Shown here: piece after piece, positions 1-9,818 of the stretch
Numbering within the stretch: the stretch's first letter is position 1
How the letters are laid out: the number at the start of each line of letters is the position of its first letter
Source of the DNA: a virus
Virus genome (UHGV): UHGV-1430452
Reading direction: 5' to 3' (one strand)
DNA length: 64,000 nucleotides
Position numbers and translations under genes: made by a program
The notes under the pieces: generated by a model
What the model was told of the DNA's origin: nothing
Seen by the model: only the letters and a program-made list of their open reading frames with translations
The model's database searches: none

Positions 1-107
1 GATTTCAAAATATCTTTCATGGTTAACAGCCCCTTCATTTTTTGTAATAAATCTTTCTTTACCGGAAGAGCAGGTTTTTCTTTAGTTAAATAAAAATAAG
101 TTACCAT
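1..107 (-). CDS. hypothetical protein, N-terminal part only (ORF runs off the window start)
   Basis: ATG at 105-107 on minus strand preceded by GAAAGGAA; frame stays open to position 1. Confidence 0.25.
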   Translation of the reverse strand, partial: MVTYFYLTKEKPALPVKKDLLQKMKGLLTMKDILK

Positions 108-124
108 AGACATTCCTTTCATTT

Positions 125-337
125 CTAATCCGTATATTCATGAACTGTATTTAGAACTTTACTAGCACCAGAACAACCGCCTATTTCGATAGATAACGTG
201 GCTAAATGTTCTGTTAAATACGTCGCAGCTTCAATATCGTTAACGTATTTGTTACATATGATCTGACAGGCTGCGATTCGTTTAAGCAATTCGTCCTGTT
301 TATTTTTAGTTAATAGTTTCATAACCTCTCCTTTCAT
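125..337 (-). CDS. hypothetical small protein
   Basis: 70-aa ORF, translationally coupled to upstream gene. Confidence 0.4.
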   Translation of the reverse strand: MKGEVMKLLTKNKQDELLKRIAACQIICNKYVNDIEAATYLTEHLATLSIEIGGCSGASKVLNTVHEYTD

Positions 338-705
338 TTGTATTCAAATAGCACTTGCGTATCTGGACTGCATTCTTTTCGTTCTTCTTTTTCGCAATAT
401 GGGCAACCAAACTTGTCGTAGTTTAGATGCTTACAAAATTCACAAGTTCTTAAAAACGGAACTGGAAAATTACCAAAATCCCAGAAAGATATCTCCCCGC
501 ACTTAGAACATTTATACTTAATGATTCCGTCATTATCCTCTATAAATTGTCCATTTTTAATAAGTTCGTTGATGCACTTAGGACAATATATGAAGGTATG
601 TTGTTTGTTCTTATTTCCATGTTTGATAATGAAGTCTAACATTATAGACCACACCATAATGATTATCACTGCTATTAAAATATCAATCATACTTACTCCT
701 TTCAT
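334..705 (-). CDS. membrane-anchored Cys-rich zinc-ribbon protein
   Basis: N-terminal hydrophobic helix then several CxxC pairs (CPKC, CSKC, CEFC, CPYC). Confidence 0.45.
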   Translation of the reverse strand: MKGVSMIDILIAVIIIMVWSIMLDFIIKHGNKNKQHTFIYCPKCINELIKNGQFIEDNDGIIKYKCSKCGEISFWDFGNFPVPFLRTCEFCKHLNYDKFGCPYCEKEERKECSPDTQVLFEYK

Positions 706-1205
706 CTATGCTGATCGCAGCACCCATTATCGTAATCGAATTCTTCTCGATCTAATGCGCAGTAATAGCCAGATATGTTATCGCAAGTCTCTTCATCATA
801 ATAGTCTTCAAAATCACAATGAACACACTCCCCGCAGCAATGTTTTTCTCTAATATCTTCAACATTCGCATACTCATCATCTCCGGTTAAACGTAATAAT
901 TCTTTAATCTCATCGTCTGTTAAATCGAGTTCACCAGAGTTAAGTCTACTTCTCAAATATTCTGAAAATACAACATCCGAATTACTTGTATAATCAGAAA
1001 TGATATCACCTAACTTGTCATAAGCATCCGGTCCTTCTCCATATTCCTCAGCACATTTCTTACTATTCGGAATATAGTACATACACTGATCTCCGGAAAC
1101 ATCACAATAGTATCTTCCTTCATCCGGATCAAATTTTGCAGCTTTACAAGACATAGTTTTCTCCTTTCTACAATTAACAAAATTCAAGTCCATACCAAGT
1201 ATCAT
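702..1205 (-). CDS. acidic Cys-rich hypothetical protein
   Basis: 167-aa ORF with multiple CxxC/CC motifs. Confidence 0.45.
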   Translation of the reverse strand: MILGMDLNFVNCRKEKTMSCKAAKFDPDEGRYYCDVSGDQCMYYIPNSKKCAEEYGEGPDAYDKLGDIISDYTSNSDVVFSEYLRSRLNSGELDLTDDEIKELLRLTGDDEYANVEDIREKHCCGECVHCDFEDYYDEETCDNISGYYCALDREEFDYDNGCCDQHR

Positions 1206-1458
1206 TGATTTTAGTTACTTTTAATTTGTCTTCATAATACTCGTTTTTATAATTATCAATCAGCTTCTTTTTAGCTTTTGATAAATTTGTAAACCATTCC
1301 TTATCATACATATCGTAATCCCATTCCCAACTGTCTGGTTCAGTCGCTGTACCGAAGCTATCAATAATAAAGCTATCCTTGCCTAAGAACCCGACAGTAT
1401 CGACTAAGATACCATCGTCGTAAATACAATATACTTTTCTACCAAGCTTTGGTTTCAT
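1174..1458 (-). CDS. hypothetical protein
   Basis: 94-aa ORF. Confidence 0.4.
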   Translation of the reverse strand: MKPKLGRKVYCIYDDGILVDTVGFLGKDSFIIDSFGTATEPDSWEWDYDMYDKEWFTNLSKAKKKLIDNYKNEYYEDKLKVTKINDTWYGLEFC

Positions 1459-1471
1459 AGTTTCCCCTTTC

Positions 1472-1615
1472 CTATTTATTGCTCTTTAATTCGTTAGATA
1501 ACGATAACACGATAAGTCCAGCAAATATCAACCAAGCATCCGGTGAAATATTTGAAGTCTGTGCGTTAGTTCCAAAGACAAAACATAAAATTAATAGTAT
1601 TAATATAGTAATCAT
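1472..1615 (-). CDS. small hydrophobic peptide (47 aa)
   Basis: Hand-translated MITILILLILCFVFGTNAQ...; RBS GGAAAGGA upstream; below ORF-track size cutoff. Confidence 0.3.
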   Translation of the reverse strand: MITILILLILCFVFGTNAQTSNISPDAWLIFAGLIVLSLSNELKSNK

Positions 1616-1643
1616 ATATTTATTCGAATCCTTTCCGTAAAAA

Positions 1644-1690
1644 TAAAACAAAAGAGTCTCAACTAAATATCAATCTAGTTAAGACTCCTT
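1644..1690 (-). terminator. intrinsic terminator hairpin
   Basis: Minus-strand GGAGTCTTAACT...AGTTGAGACTC stem followed by TTTTGTTTT, downstream of gene 1702..1917. Confidence 0.55.
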
Positions 1691-1701
1691 TGTGTGATAA
1701 A

Positions 1702-1917
1702 TCATCTTTTTTTAGTAATCGGAATATTCAAATTCATACCACTCTCTTTCAAATCCTTACGGACATTATCGAATTCCTCTTTCCACTTATCAGTCCAGTC
1801 TCCGGCCTTTGTCTTTTCAGGTCTTGTGAACCTGATTTTAGACAGATCGCATCCCTTTTCTTTAAGTCCGTTTGCTACTTCGATAATTTCCTTAATAATT
1901 TTTCCATCAGTATTCAT
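1702..1917 (-). CDS. hypothetical protein
   Basis: 71-aa ORF with AGGAGG RBS. Confidence 0.45.
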   Translation of the reverse strand: MNTDGKIIKEIIEVANGLKEKGCDLSKIRFTRPEKTKAGDWTDKWKEEFDNVRKDLKESGMNLNIPITKKR

Positions 1918-1950
1918 TTCAATTCCTCCTTTAATAAAAAAATGTTTTAT

Positions 1951-1977
1951 TTCATTAAAGTAGATGTTTTTTACGCG
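1951..1977 (-). promoter_or_regulatory. conserved early-gene motif copy (promoter-like)
   Basis: ttcattaaag...ttttttacgcg, divergent member of the repeated motif family; upstream of gene 1702..1917. Confidence 0.35.
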
Positions 1978-2235
1978 TTATTTCCTAATAAACTGTCCAC
2001 ATGATCCGCAATAATGATCATACTCAGCTGTAGGTATTGGTGCCTCGCATGTCGGACATAATTTAAGAGATCCCTGGTCTGGATCGTCCGCCACTCGATA
2101 TTTTAATTCACTAACTACTTCTGTAAAAAGATCGGCGTTAGGTCCACCGTTTTTAATTTCCAAATCTCTAAGTTCTCTCATTCTATTTACAATATTGATT
2201 ACTCTCTGATTTCTTTCTTCTAAATATTTTTTCAT
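1978..2235 (-). CDS. zinc-ribbon protein
   Basis: 85 aa; C-terminal CPTC...CGSC. Confidence 0.45.
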   Translation of the reverse strand: MKKYLEERNQRVINIVNRMRELRDLEIKNGGPNADLFTEVVSELKYRVADDPDQGSLKLCPTCEAPIPTAEYDHYCGSCGQFIRK

Positions 2236-2236
2236 C

Positions 2237-2851
2237 TTATTTCTCCTTTCTTACTACCCTAGCTCTCTCAAAAATATAATTGTTAATATTATCAGGACCG
2301 TTACCATAGCGTTGTACATATGGCACTCCTAAAACATTTCTACCATTTACAAATCTATGTTCTCCGATCCCGATAACTTCGTGTTTCTCATATCGTCCAC
2401 TACTATTCATAATGAACACAATATCACCGACTTTAATCTCATTTACTGGAGTTTCTACAGCATCTAGGAATTCTCCGAGCTGTTCTTTTAATGGTTGACG
2501 AATATCAATCTCTTTAAGGAATTCGTCTAGATCATAACCTTCATGATAGTCTTCACCACCAACATGTCTAACAATATCCCAGTCTTTTACGACATAAATA
2601 CCATTATCCAACCAGTAATCCTCGACTTCACTTTCCCTTACATCAGTCTCAATTCCGATAGATAAGTTTCCACCAAAGAAATTACCTACGACCTGACAGA
2701 ATCTAGCCATACCGTAGGAATCATCAAATCCTCTATGCTCTTTTAACTCACAGTATTTAAGAAATGCAGTAACGCTATCAATACCTCCATTCCAATGCAA
2801 ATATACTCCGATGTCTTTTCCTTCTGGTTTTACGATAGCTCTGTTACCCAT
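2237..2851 (-). CDS. hypothetical protein
   Basis: 204-aa ORF. Confidence 0.45.
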   Translation of the reverse strand: MGNRAIVKPEGKDIGVYLHWNGGIDSVTAFLKYCELKEHRGFDDSYGMARFCQVVGNFFGGNLSIGIETDVRESEVEDYWLDNGIYVVKDWDIVRHVGGEDYHEGYDLDEFLKEIDIRQPLKEQLGEFLDAVETPVNEIKVGDIVFIMNSSGRYEKHEVIGIGEHRFVNGRNVLGVPYVQRYGNGPDNINNYIFERARVVRKEK

Positions 2852-2874
2852 GTTAAGTCAGCTCCTAAGTTGAT

Positions 2875-3075
2875 TTATTTTAAAATGCCTTTATGTCTAC
2901 ATAACTCTAGCAACATTTCATTCTCTTCTTGTAAAGCCTCTAATTTATCGGCAGCATTCTTACAGTAAATATGAATCGCATTAGACATTTTATCCGTTTC
3001 ATCCAACGGAACTTTCGTTAATGGAAACATATTTACAAGCCAACGTAGAGACTTAGCTTCTGGTACTTCTTTCAT
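2875..3075 (-). CDS. hypothetical protein
   Basis: 66-aa ORF. Confidence 0.35.
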   Translation of the reverse strand: MKEVPEAKSLRWLVNMFPLTKVPLDETDKMSNAIHIYCKNAADKLEALQEENEMLLELCRHKGILK

Positions 3076-3281
3076 TCGTTTCTCCTTTCAAATATCAGCT
3101 CCTAATTTAGTCTATCTTTACTATTTGTTCTATGCCGCCATCCCTAAGCTCACGATTTACAACTTGTGCTCCGTAAATTTCAAAATAGTCTGATTCTACA
3201 ATTTGCAAATCCTTTGGCAATTGTTCTAAAATATCGATAAGTTCACCTACTGTCATTTAGTTTCTCCTTTCAAATATCAAC

Positions 3282-3632
3282 TCACAAATCCTCATAGCTA
3301 TGAGCAATCAATGCGTAAATACTTTTATCTAAAACAAACGCATTATCGCCATCATTTCCGAAACCGATTACTCTATGATTCTTCAAGTTGTCACCGTGGA
3401 ATTTCGCATCAATACAACTTTCATCTTTGCTAGTCTGCATAACACAAAAAGTGACATAATTATCGTTAGGAAGTTTTATAGATATAGTGTTCATCCAGTC
3501 TTTAGATTTATGGTCCAAATGAGACATATCAACTGTATAGTGATTACATTTGTTGAATGTCGGATAACCTAATTTCTCAGCTTCCTCGATTGAACATTTA
3601 GTAAATATCAATTCTTTTTGTGTTGCTTCCAT
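3282..3632 (-). CDS. hypothetical protein
   Basis: 116-aa ORF. Confidence 0.4.
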   Translation of the reverse strand: MEATQKELIFTKCSIEEAEKLGYPTFNKCNHYTVDMSHLDHKSKDWMNTISIKLPNDNYVTFCVMQTSKDESCIDAKFHGDNLKNHRVIGFGNDGDNAFVLDKSIYALIAHSYEDL

Positions 3633-3721
3633 TGTTGGTCAGCTCCCTAAGTTAGTTTTAATGCTTAACATTAAATATAAAAAGAAGAAGCCCCAGCTAA
3701 ATATAGCCAGAGCTTCATACT

Positions 3722-3976
3722 TTACTTGCAATGAAATCCCATTACTACTTTTTCTTCAGATTCATTTTCCTTATTTTCTTCCGGTTCAACTTTGATTTTC
3801 GCTTTCTCGCATACCTCCTGTGCGATTTCGTTACCTTCTTTAGCAGCAAACTTCAATGTACCAAGGCCGATACCTGTAATAACTGCCTGAGCCATTTCCG
3901 CTGCAAACTTACCCATAGCAACTCCAAATGACACTGCAAATGCTGCTTTGCGTAAATCTTTAAATTGTCCATTCAT
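3722..3976 (-). CDS. small membrane-associated protein
   Basis: 84 aa, glycine-rich hydrophobic helices; AGGAGG RBS. Confidence 0.4.
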   Translation of the reverse strand: MNGQFKDLRKAAFAVSFGVAMGKFAAEMAQAVITGIGLGTLKFAAKEGNEIAQEVCEKAKIKVEPEENKENESEEKVVMGFHCK

Positions 3977-4006
3977 TTTAAGTTCCTCCTTTAAGAAATA
4001 TAGACT

Positions 4007-4037
4007 TCATTCCATTAAAGGCGATGTTTATGTCGCG
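4007..4037 (-). promoter_or_regulatory. conserved early-gene motif copy (promoter-like)
   Basis: ttcattccattaaaggcgatgtttatgtcgcg; ~30 nt upstream of the RBS of 3722..3976. Confidence 0.45.
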
Positions 4038-4039
4038 TA

Positions 4040-4369
4040 TTATCTATTTTTCTTACCGTAAGCGGAATAATCCCTACGCTTTGGAGTTACTGGTGCTTCT
4101 GGTTTTTCCGGACTTTCTTCCACCACCTCAACAGCATCGACGGGAGTGTCTGGCTTCTCTTCTTTTTTGACTTCTCCGTATGCGCTGCTAGTCTCGACTT
4201 TCTTACCGTTAACTCTTTTCTTCCATTCACAATCAAACTCTTCATCGATGCCAGACTTGTAAGAAAACGTGCAAATATACTCCTGTCCTGTTTTTGAATC
4301 TGTGTAAATATCACCGATAGCTCCTTCTGTTCTTCTTGTTGGTGCTCCTACTCCTGTTAATTTAGCCAT
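4040..4369 (-). CDS. hypothetical protein
   Basis: 109-aa ORF, Lys/Glu/Pro-rich tail. Confidence 0.4.
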   Translation of the reverse strand: MAKLTGVGAPTRRTEGAIGDIYTDSKTGQEYICTFSYKSGIDEEFDCEWKKRVNGKKVETSSAYGEVKKEEKPDTPVDAVEVVEESPEKPEAPVTPKRRDYSAYGKKNR

Positions 4370-4388
4370 TGATATTATCCTCCATAAT

Positions 4389-4607
4389 TTAAACTTTTTC
4401 TATTTTGCATTCATCACTGAGTAACCAGTTAAGACTTACTCCAGATAAACAAGGGTGTGGTGCAAAACCAGGTAATTTGATTAATGAACCCTGCTTACTA
4501 TCGAAATAATAAATATCGTTACTCTTCTGATTTGTAAATCTGAAGTATTCAGACGGCCCAATACCGAGCCGCCTTCTGATTAAAAATATAATTAATCTAT
4601 TTAACAT
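4389..4607 (-). CDS. hypothetical protein
   Basis: 72-aa ORF. Confidence 0.3.
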   Translation of the reverse strand: MLNRLIIFLIRRRLGIGPSEYFRFTNQKSNDIYYFDSKQGSLIKLPGFAPHPCLSGVSLNWLLSDECKIEKV

Positions 4608-4622
4608 ATCGCTCCTTTCTGA

Positions 4623-5120
4623 TTACTCTTCCGGATGTTCCTCCGCTGCAAATCTGGATGAGAATCTGTCAATATCCTGAGTTACACACATTGACTGCAA
4701 ATATGCTGCACGGAATGGTTTACCGTTAATCTCAGAATCATACGGTCTGATATCAAGATCGACACTTGCAATATCAATTTCGTCGAGCATGGATACTGTT
4801 TCTTCATCAAGTTTGACTCTATTTCTACCAGACTGAAGATATACAATAGGGCCTCTGTCGTTAAATTTGACTTTAACTGGAAGATAGATAAATGGTTCAT
4901 CTCCATCTTCTCTTGGCGGTTTGATCTTTACATTCCATCCTGCTCCAAACTTATTTACATCATTCTGCAAAGCTTCTGCCATTTCTTCGTTAGGGATAAT
5001 CAAAGCGAAGTTACGGTCTCCTTCTTTGTTGAATTTACCGCCTTCTCCTCTGAAGTTTCTGAAAATGATTCTTGCGTCATCGATCTGTAATACTCCTCTT
5101 GGTGCGAATGTTAATTCCAT
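4623..5120 (-). CDS. hypothetical protein (possible ssDNA-binding protein)
   Basis: 165 aa next to the replicase; the function is a guess from context. Confidence 0.3.
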   Translation of the reverse strand: MELTFAPRGVLQIDDARIIFRNFRGEGGKFNKEGDRNFALIIPNEEMAEALQNDVNKFGAGWNVKIKPPREDGDEPFIYLPVKVKFNDRGPIVYLQSGRNRVKLDEETVSMLDEIDIASVDLDIRPYDSEINGKPFRAAYLQSMCVTQDIDRFSSRFAAEEHPEE

Positions 5121-5230
5121 AATGTTAATCTCCTTTTAAATAAATATAGTTTTTAATGGATTTGATTTAATTGCTGCGTTGGACTTTTGTTTAACTTCCT
5201 CGCATATGATTGCTCCTTTCTTGTGATAGA

Positions 5231-5270
5231 AAAACAAAAAGAGTCTCAACCATAATCGGTCAAGACTCCT
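5231..5270 (-). terminator. intrinsic terminator/attenuator hairpin
   Basis: Minus-strand GGAGTCTTGACC...GGTTGAGACTC + TTTTTGTTTT; near-duplicate of the hairpin at 1644..1690. Confidence 0.5.
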
Positions 5271-5277
5271 TATCTCT

Positions 5278-5305
5278 TCATTAAAGCCGTTGTATTTTTC
5301 GCGAT
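5278..5305 (-). promoter_or_regulatory. conserved early-gene motif copy, here immediately followed by a terminator hairpin
   Basis: ttcattaaagccgttgtatttttcgcga; lies between the stop of 5311..5601 and the hairpin at 5231..5270. Confidence 0.4.
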
Positions 5306-5310
5306 TCGTA

Positions 5311-5601
5311 CTATCGTAAAGATTTTGGGACAAGGCTTTTGATAATCTTTTTCTGATGCTCGTCCAGATCGTGATATAGAGTGAAACCCGTTGCCCCATT
5401 ATACTCATCGCCAAACTGTTTGTAGTACATAGATTGTTTCCATAACTCCGGATACTCTTTTTTGTACTTTGCGAGTTCTTTTGCTTTCTTGTCATACTGT
5501 TTATCCGAAATTATATTATTATCTAACTCGTAATAAATATATGAATGAAGTATGATATATCTTTGCAAGTAATCTATGTATTCGAGGGTTGTTAGTTCCA
5601 T
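5311..5601 (-). CDS. hypothetical protein
   Basis: 96-aa ORF. Confidence 0.4.
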   Translation of the reverse strand: MELTTLEYIDYLQRYIILHSYIYYELDNNIISDKQYDKKAKELAKYKKEYPELWKQSMYYKQFGDEYNGATGFTLYHDLDEHQKKIIKSLVPKSLR

Positions 5602-8600
5602 GGCAGCTCTACATCTTCATCATCGAATGGAATTTCCTCAGGAGATCCTTCCGGTATGTTCATGAAGTCTGGTAAATGAGAATCTCTAAAAGGAGGTTCA
5701 TGCCGATCTGAAGCATCCCAAGGCGGAGTACCAACATATGGATCGTCTGATATGAACCACTCAGCGTCTCCGTATTGACCAATAGTTTCAAGAGCATCAT
5801 CCACAAGCTTTCGATAATATGAACGATCAATATTTTCTTCATTTCCCGGAGACATCATTAACTCGGATTCAAGCCAACGGAAACCAGTTGTTCCTGTAGC
5901 TGCATAATATTTACCGTTCTGTTCTCGCATCAATAGTCCTCCACCCTTTCCAGGCTTAACCGGACAAAATTGCCCAACTTTACCTACGAAATGATAGTCA
6001 TGACCTTCAGCTATTAAATCGTTTAATCTTCGACACTCACTTTCGAAAGTTGTGTCCGATAACTTACCTTTCCTGTACTTATCTTCAAGTTTGGATAGTT
6101 CTTTTTCATACTCGGATACATCTGGAAGTTTTTCGTTCATATCCAAATATAAAGCAGATTTTACTGAGAATGCTTCGCACATATCTTTCAACTCAATTGG
6201 TTCTTTACTGAACAGTGTTTTAAATACATACGGAACTGCAAACTGTTTTCCAGTAGCTGTCCATTCTCCGGCATTCTTTCCATCTTTAAACCTAGCCACG
6301 TACACAGCATCATTTACTAAACAGAATTTTTCAAAGTTAGCCTCTGTTTCAAATGTATATCCGTATTCTTTACCGAATTTGGTTACGAAATCAATAATAT
6401 CAGGAGTAGCATCGGGTATCTTTATGGAATCTGTCTTGATATGACAAACAGTAAATCCTCGTTTCTGAACTTCTCTTTTCAATAATGTCATGAAGAGAGC
6501 TCCTCTTTTGGCAACAATGTTATCCTTATTTCTAGGATCTCTAAATTCATTTACGAAGCCAGCTGATGTCAAACCATAAATGGAATTGATAACAATCTTA
6601 AGTGCCTGCGCTAAATCAGCAGCCTGTTCTTCATTTAAGTATGGTTTCAACGCTCCACCTAATAATTGTCCAGCTGTTTCAAAGTCTTTATGCTTAATTG
6701 CAACACGAGCTTTTACAATATCCTCAAACCGTTTTGTATATTCTGGTCCAAATAGACATTCGAATATAATACTGTGAGGATGCTGAGAAGCAATGTCTCC
6801 ATCCCATACATTACCGTAATGCCCAGGTTCAGAGTAAACCCGACCGCCTTCTCCAATGGCTTCGCCTAAATATGTTGATTTACCAAACTCAAAAGTATAG
6901 CCTTTAAAGAATGGAAGAATGCTATAACCTTCTGGAAGCTTTTCGCCAGGAACGTAAGATCGATATAATGGAAGACCCTCAGAATCAAATACTCTGAAAT
7001 CATAATCATCTCCGAATTTAATTCTATATTCATCATAACGATCTGAGCTAACCGGTTCCGCCAAGTATCTATAGTTGAATACATTCTGCGGTTTTTTATT
7101 ATTTCCAAATATAATTCTTTTAGAAAGAGTATTTGTCGTATCATTAACTGTAACGTTTGTAATATCATGTAAGAGTTTTACAAGATCAACCTGAATCTGT
7201 CTAGCAACAAAGTCTGCTTTTCTTGCATTGAATACAGCTTCCGTCGCAATGACATCATTATCGCAATACTCAGCAACCTTTGCCCATAATTCTTCTGGAA
7301 CTGGTTGATCCCAAGGAAGACCAAGCTCTTGATGATGAATACCCAGTTCAATCTCCCATTTCTTTAAACTCTGTTTCACAGTTGACATATCATATACATC
7401 AATGTAACCAAGATTATATGCCTCACCAAACATGCCATTATCACGGCTTCCCTTTGGAGCATTAATAATTCTTTGAGATAACTTATATATTTCCTCATTT
7501 GTGTATCCCATAAGTCTAGCATAAATGATATGTCTGTCGTATTTACGTCCATTAAAATCAACAAGTTTAAACTTTAGAAGATTTTCTATTTCTGCTGGTG
7601 TAGGATTAATTAATCTAACTACTGTTTTTCCTTCTCCAGCAAACTTATAGTTTACCAAAAATAAATTTGGGAATACCTCACAATCATAGAATACAAGATC
7701 GTCAGTATCACCCTCATTACTTGTCTCTGAAGCCTCTTCACTCTTAAACGCCATCTGATTAACTAACTTCAAACACTCATCAGCCTGGTTACTACTACTC
7801 GCCGCCAAAGCAAATACAGCATTTTTCATATCAGACACATCATATCCAATACCACTCTCATAAGCCTCATCCAAAAGTTTCTTAATCATTTGAATACTTG
7901 GAGCTGTGTTACCCATAATTTCTTTATTCAGATGTTTCTTAAGAACGGATCTCAAATATTTCTCATTCTTAATACCATCAAAGTTAATCACATTTTTCAC
8001 CTCTTTCAACGGAAGACCTGAGCTAATTGTACGAATAACAAGATTGACACACTTAGTAAGTTTTCTTCTAAGAGATGTTTTACCGGTAAATACCTTAATC
8101 TCGATATCCTCATCAAATATACGACTTAATTCACTCACATCACCGTTATAAATATAATGAAGATGAATACCTCCACCACTTTTGCTTAACTCAGCATATG
8201 TTGGAGGCCATTTACTAGCTGCTTCAAGATTCTTCTCGAAACATTTATTACCATTCTCGTCCTTAATATCAAAGTCAATAACTACATGATTTTCAGGGAC
8301 CTTGACGTAATGAAGTTTTGATGTGTCAAGTTCTGATAGGGTAGTTGAAACTTCATCCCATGGCTTCGTCGGAGTTTCTTTTGAAGTAGCATATTGAGCT
8401 GGACAATCAGAACATTCTTTATCAAAAATAGACTCCTGTTCTTCAAATATAAGCCAGCTCTCAGTTTTCTCATCTCCAATAGGTTTCTCTGCTTTAACCT
8501 TTTTCTTCCCACCAATAGAGTCTTCGAAAATATCAGTCTTAAAACCGTCGTAATAACTCAGCAGCTTACTTCCATCTTCTTTCTCCACCTTCTCATCAAA

Positions 8601-9818
8601 TTCCAAAAAATAGTTTCTCAACTCGTCTTTGAATTTTGTCTTAGAAAATGGATACGGCACTTTTGCTTCCTCACAGTAGTTTTTATACATCTCCCATGCT
8701 GCTTTTAGCGTAGTACCATCTTCTTTCTTGAAGACACTGAATGAATCACATACGAAGTTATAAAAGTCATTAGAAGCCATAAGCATGTCCTTCGGAGCGT
8801 AAGTATCGTAATACTCTGGATCTTCTTTAAAGACTTGTAAACAATGATATGCGATTGCTCCCAACTCAAAATCAACCTGTTTGGTCAATCTACGATATTC
8901 TCGAATCGGTATCTTGTTTCCAGTAGGACGAACGTCAATCAAACGCCTTAGTAAACCAGACTTAGCATCAGTGATCTTAACAGGTGTGTTTGTACCCATA
9001 AATAAAAAACATTTGAATCTTGTTTCATATTGTCCTTTAAATTTTTCATTCATGGTCATTATCTCGTGTGAAATCACCGAGTTTAAGCGCGTATTATCTT
9101 CGATTTTTGATAAATCACCATCATGTTGTATCGCTACAAGAGGGTTATTCTTAAACGGTTCCAGAGCGAAAACATTATTCGGATTACCCAAAGCTTTTGC
9201 GTCAAAAGAACAACAATATCCTTCAAATAATTTCTCGATAATATTTATGATAGTTGATTTACCAGTACCACCAGCTCCGTAAAGCACCAGGAACTTTTGA
9301 AGTATTTTTGATTCCCCAGATACAACGGAGCCGATAGCCCATTCTATTTTACGTCGTTCTTCTTCGGAATATAGAGTACCGATGAGTTTATCCCATGCAG
9401 AAATATCGCCAGGTTCGAGAGGATACGGGAGTCTCTTGCTTGCGAAATTCTCTCTGCTTAATTCTGTGTTTGAAAATATAAGTTCATCATCGAGTACAGC
9501 AAAGTTATCACGCATCTGTTTCTGACAATATTTATGGAACTTATCGATTGAGCCACTGTCAGCATCCCACATATACTTAATTACAGGAGTACCTTCAAGA
9601 CGTCCTTCATTTTCAGCGACATATCTATCAAGTTCTCTATCTACAAGACGGGTTACATCGTCTTCATCTGTACTCCACATCTTTCGATCTTCATCCCAGA
9701 TAGCGTAAAAGTCCCTACCTCGAATCATGAGATCTTTAGATTTCAACATTTTGAACTTAGGAGAAACATCAACACTGCTTTTATTCGTCTTCGTTGATAC
9801 TGTCATGAAGTCCAACAT
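5592..9818 (-). CDS. fused replication protein: SF3-type P-loop helicase + AEP primase-like + family-B DNA polymerase with 3'-5' exonuclease
   Basis: Walker A LVLYGAGGTGKST; primase-like VIDFDIKD and GGGIHLHYIYNG; exo-like FYDCEVF and YCDNDV; PolB motif B KIVINSIYG; motif C HIKTDSIKI. Confidence 0.8.
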   Translation of the reverse strand: MLDFMTVSTKTNKSSVDVSPKFKMLKSKDLMIRGRDFYAIWDEDRKMWSTDEDDVTRLVDRELDRYVAENEGRLEGTPVIKYMWDADSGSIDKFHKYCQKQMRDNFAVLDDELIFSNTELSRENFASKRLPYPLEPGDISAWDKLIGTLYSEEERRKIEWAIGSVVSGESKILQKFLVLYGAGGTGKSTIINIIEKLFEGYCCSFDAKALGNPNNVFALEPFKNNPLVAIQHDGDLSKIEDNTRLNSVISHEIMTMNEKFKGQYETRFKCFLFMGTNTPVKITDAKSGLLRRLIDVRPTGNKIPIREYRRLTKQVDFELGAIAYHCLQVFKEDPEYYDTYAPKDMLMASNDFYNFVCDSFSVFKKEDGTTLKAAWEMYKNYCEEAKVPYPFSKTKFKDELRNYFLEFDEKVEKEDGSKLLSYYDGFKTDIFEDSIGGKKKVKAEKPIGDEKTESWLIFEEQESIFDKECSDCPAQYATSKETPTKPWDEVSTTLSELDTSKLHYVKVPENHVVIDFDIKDENGNKCFEKNLEAASKWPPTYAELSKSGGGIHLHYIYNGDVSELSRIFDEDIEIKVFTGKTSLRRKLTKCVNLVIRTISSGLPLKEVKNVINFDGIKNEKYLRSVLKKHLNKEIMGNTAPSIQMIKKLLDEAYESGIGYDVSDMKNAVFALAASSSNQADECLKLVNQMAFKSEEASETSNEGDTDDLVFYDCEVFPNLFLVNYKFAGEGKTVVRLINPTPAEIENLLKFKLVDFNGRKYDRHIIYARLMGYTNEEIYKLSQRIINAPKGSRDNGMFGEAYNLGYIDVYDMSTVKQSLKKWEIELGIHHQELGLPWDQPVPEELWAKVAEYCDNDVIATEAVFNARKADFVARQIQVDLVKLLHDITNVTVNDTTNTLSKRIIFGNNKKPQNVFNYRYLAEPVSSDRYDEYRIKFGDDYDFRVFDSEGLPLYRSYVPGEKLPEGYSILPFFKGYTFEFGKSTYLGEAIGEGGRVYSEPGHYGNVWDGDIASQHPHSIIFECLFGPEYTKRFEDIVKARVAIKHKDFETAGQLLGGALKPYLNEEQAADLAQALKIVINSIYGLTSAGFVNEFRDPRNKDNIVAKRGALFMTLLKREVQKRGFTVCHIKTDSIKIPDATPDIIDFVTKFGKEYGYTFETEANFEKFCLVNDAVYVARFKDGKNAGEWTATGKQFAVPYVFKTLFSKEPIELKDMCEAFSVKSALYLDMNEKLPDVSEYEKELSKLEDKYRKGKLSDTTFESECRRLNDLIAEGHDYHFVGKVGQFCPVKPGKGGGLLMREQNGKYYAATGTTGFRWLESELMMSPGNEENIDRSYYRKLVDDALETIGQYGDAEWFISDDPYVGTPPWDASDRHEPPFRDSHLPDFMNIPEGSPEEIPFDDEDVELPWN

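Noticed and set aside
5136-5495. 119-aa minus-strand ORF
   Set aside because: It overlaps gene 5311..5601 in another frame and spans the motif and terminator hairpin.
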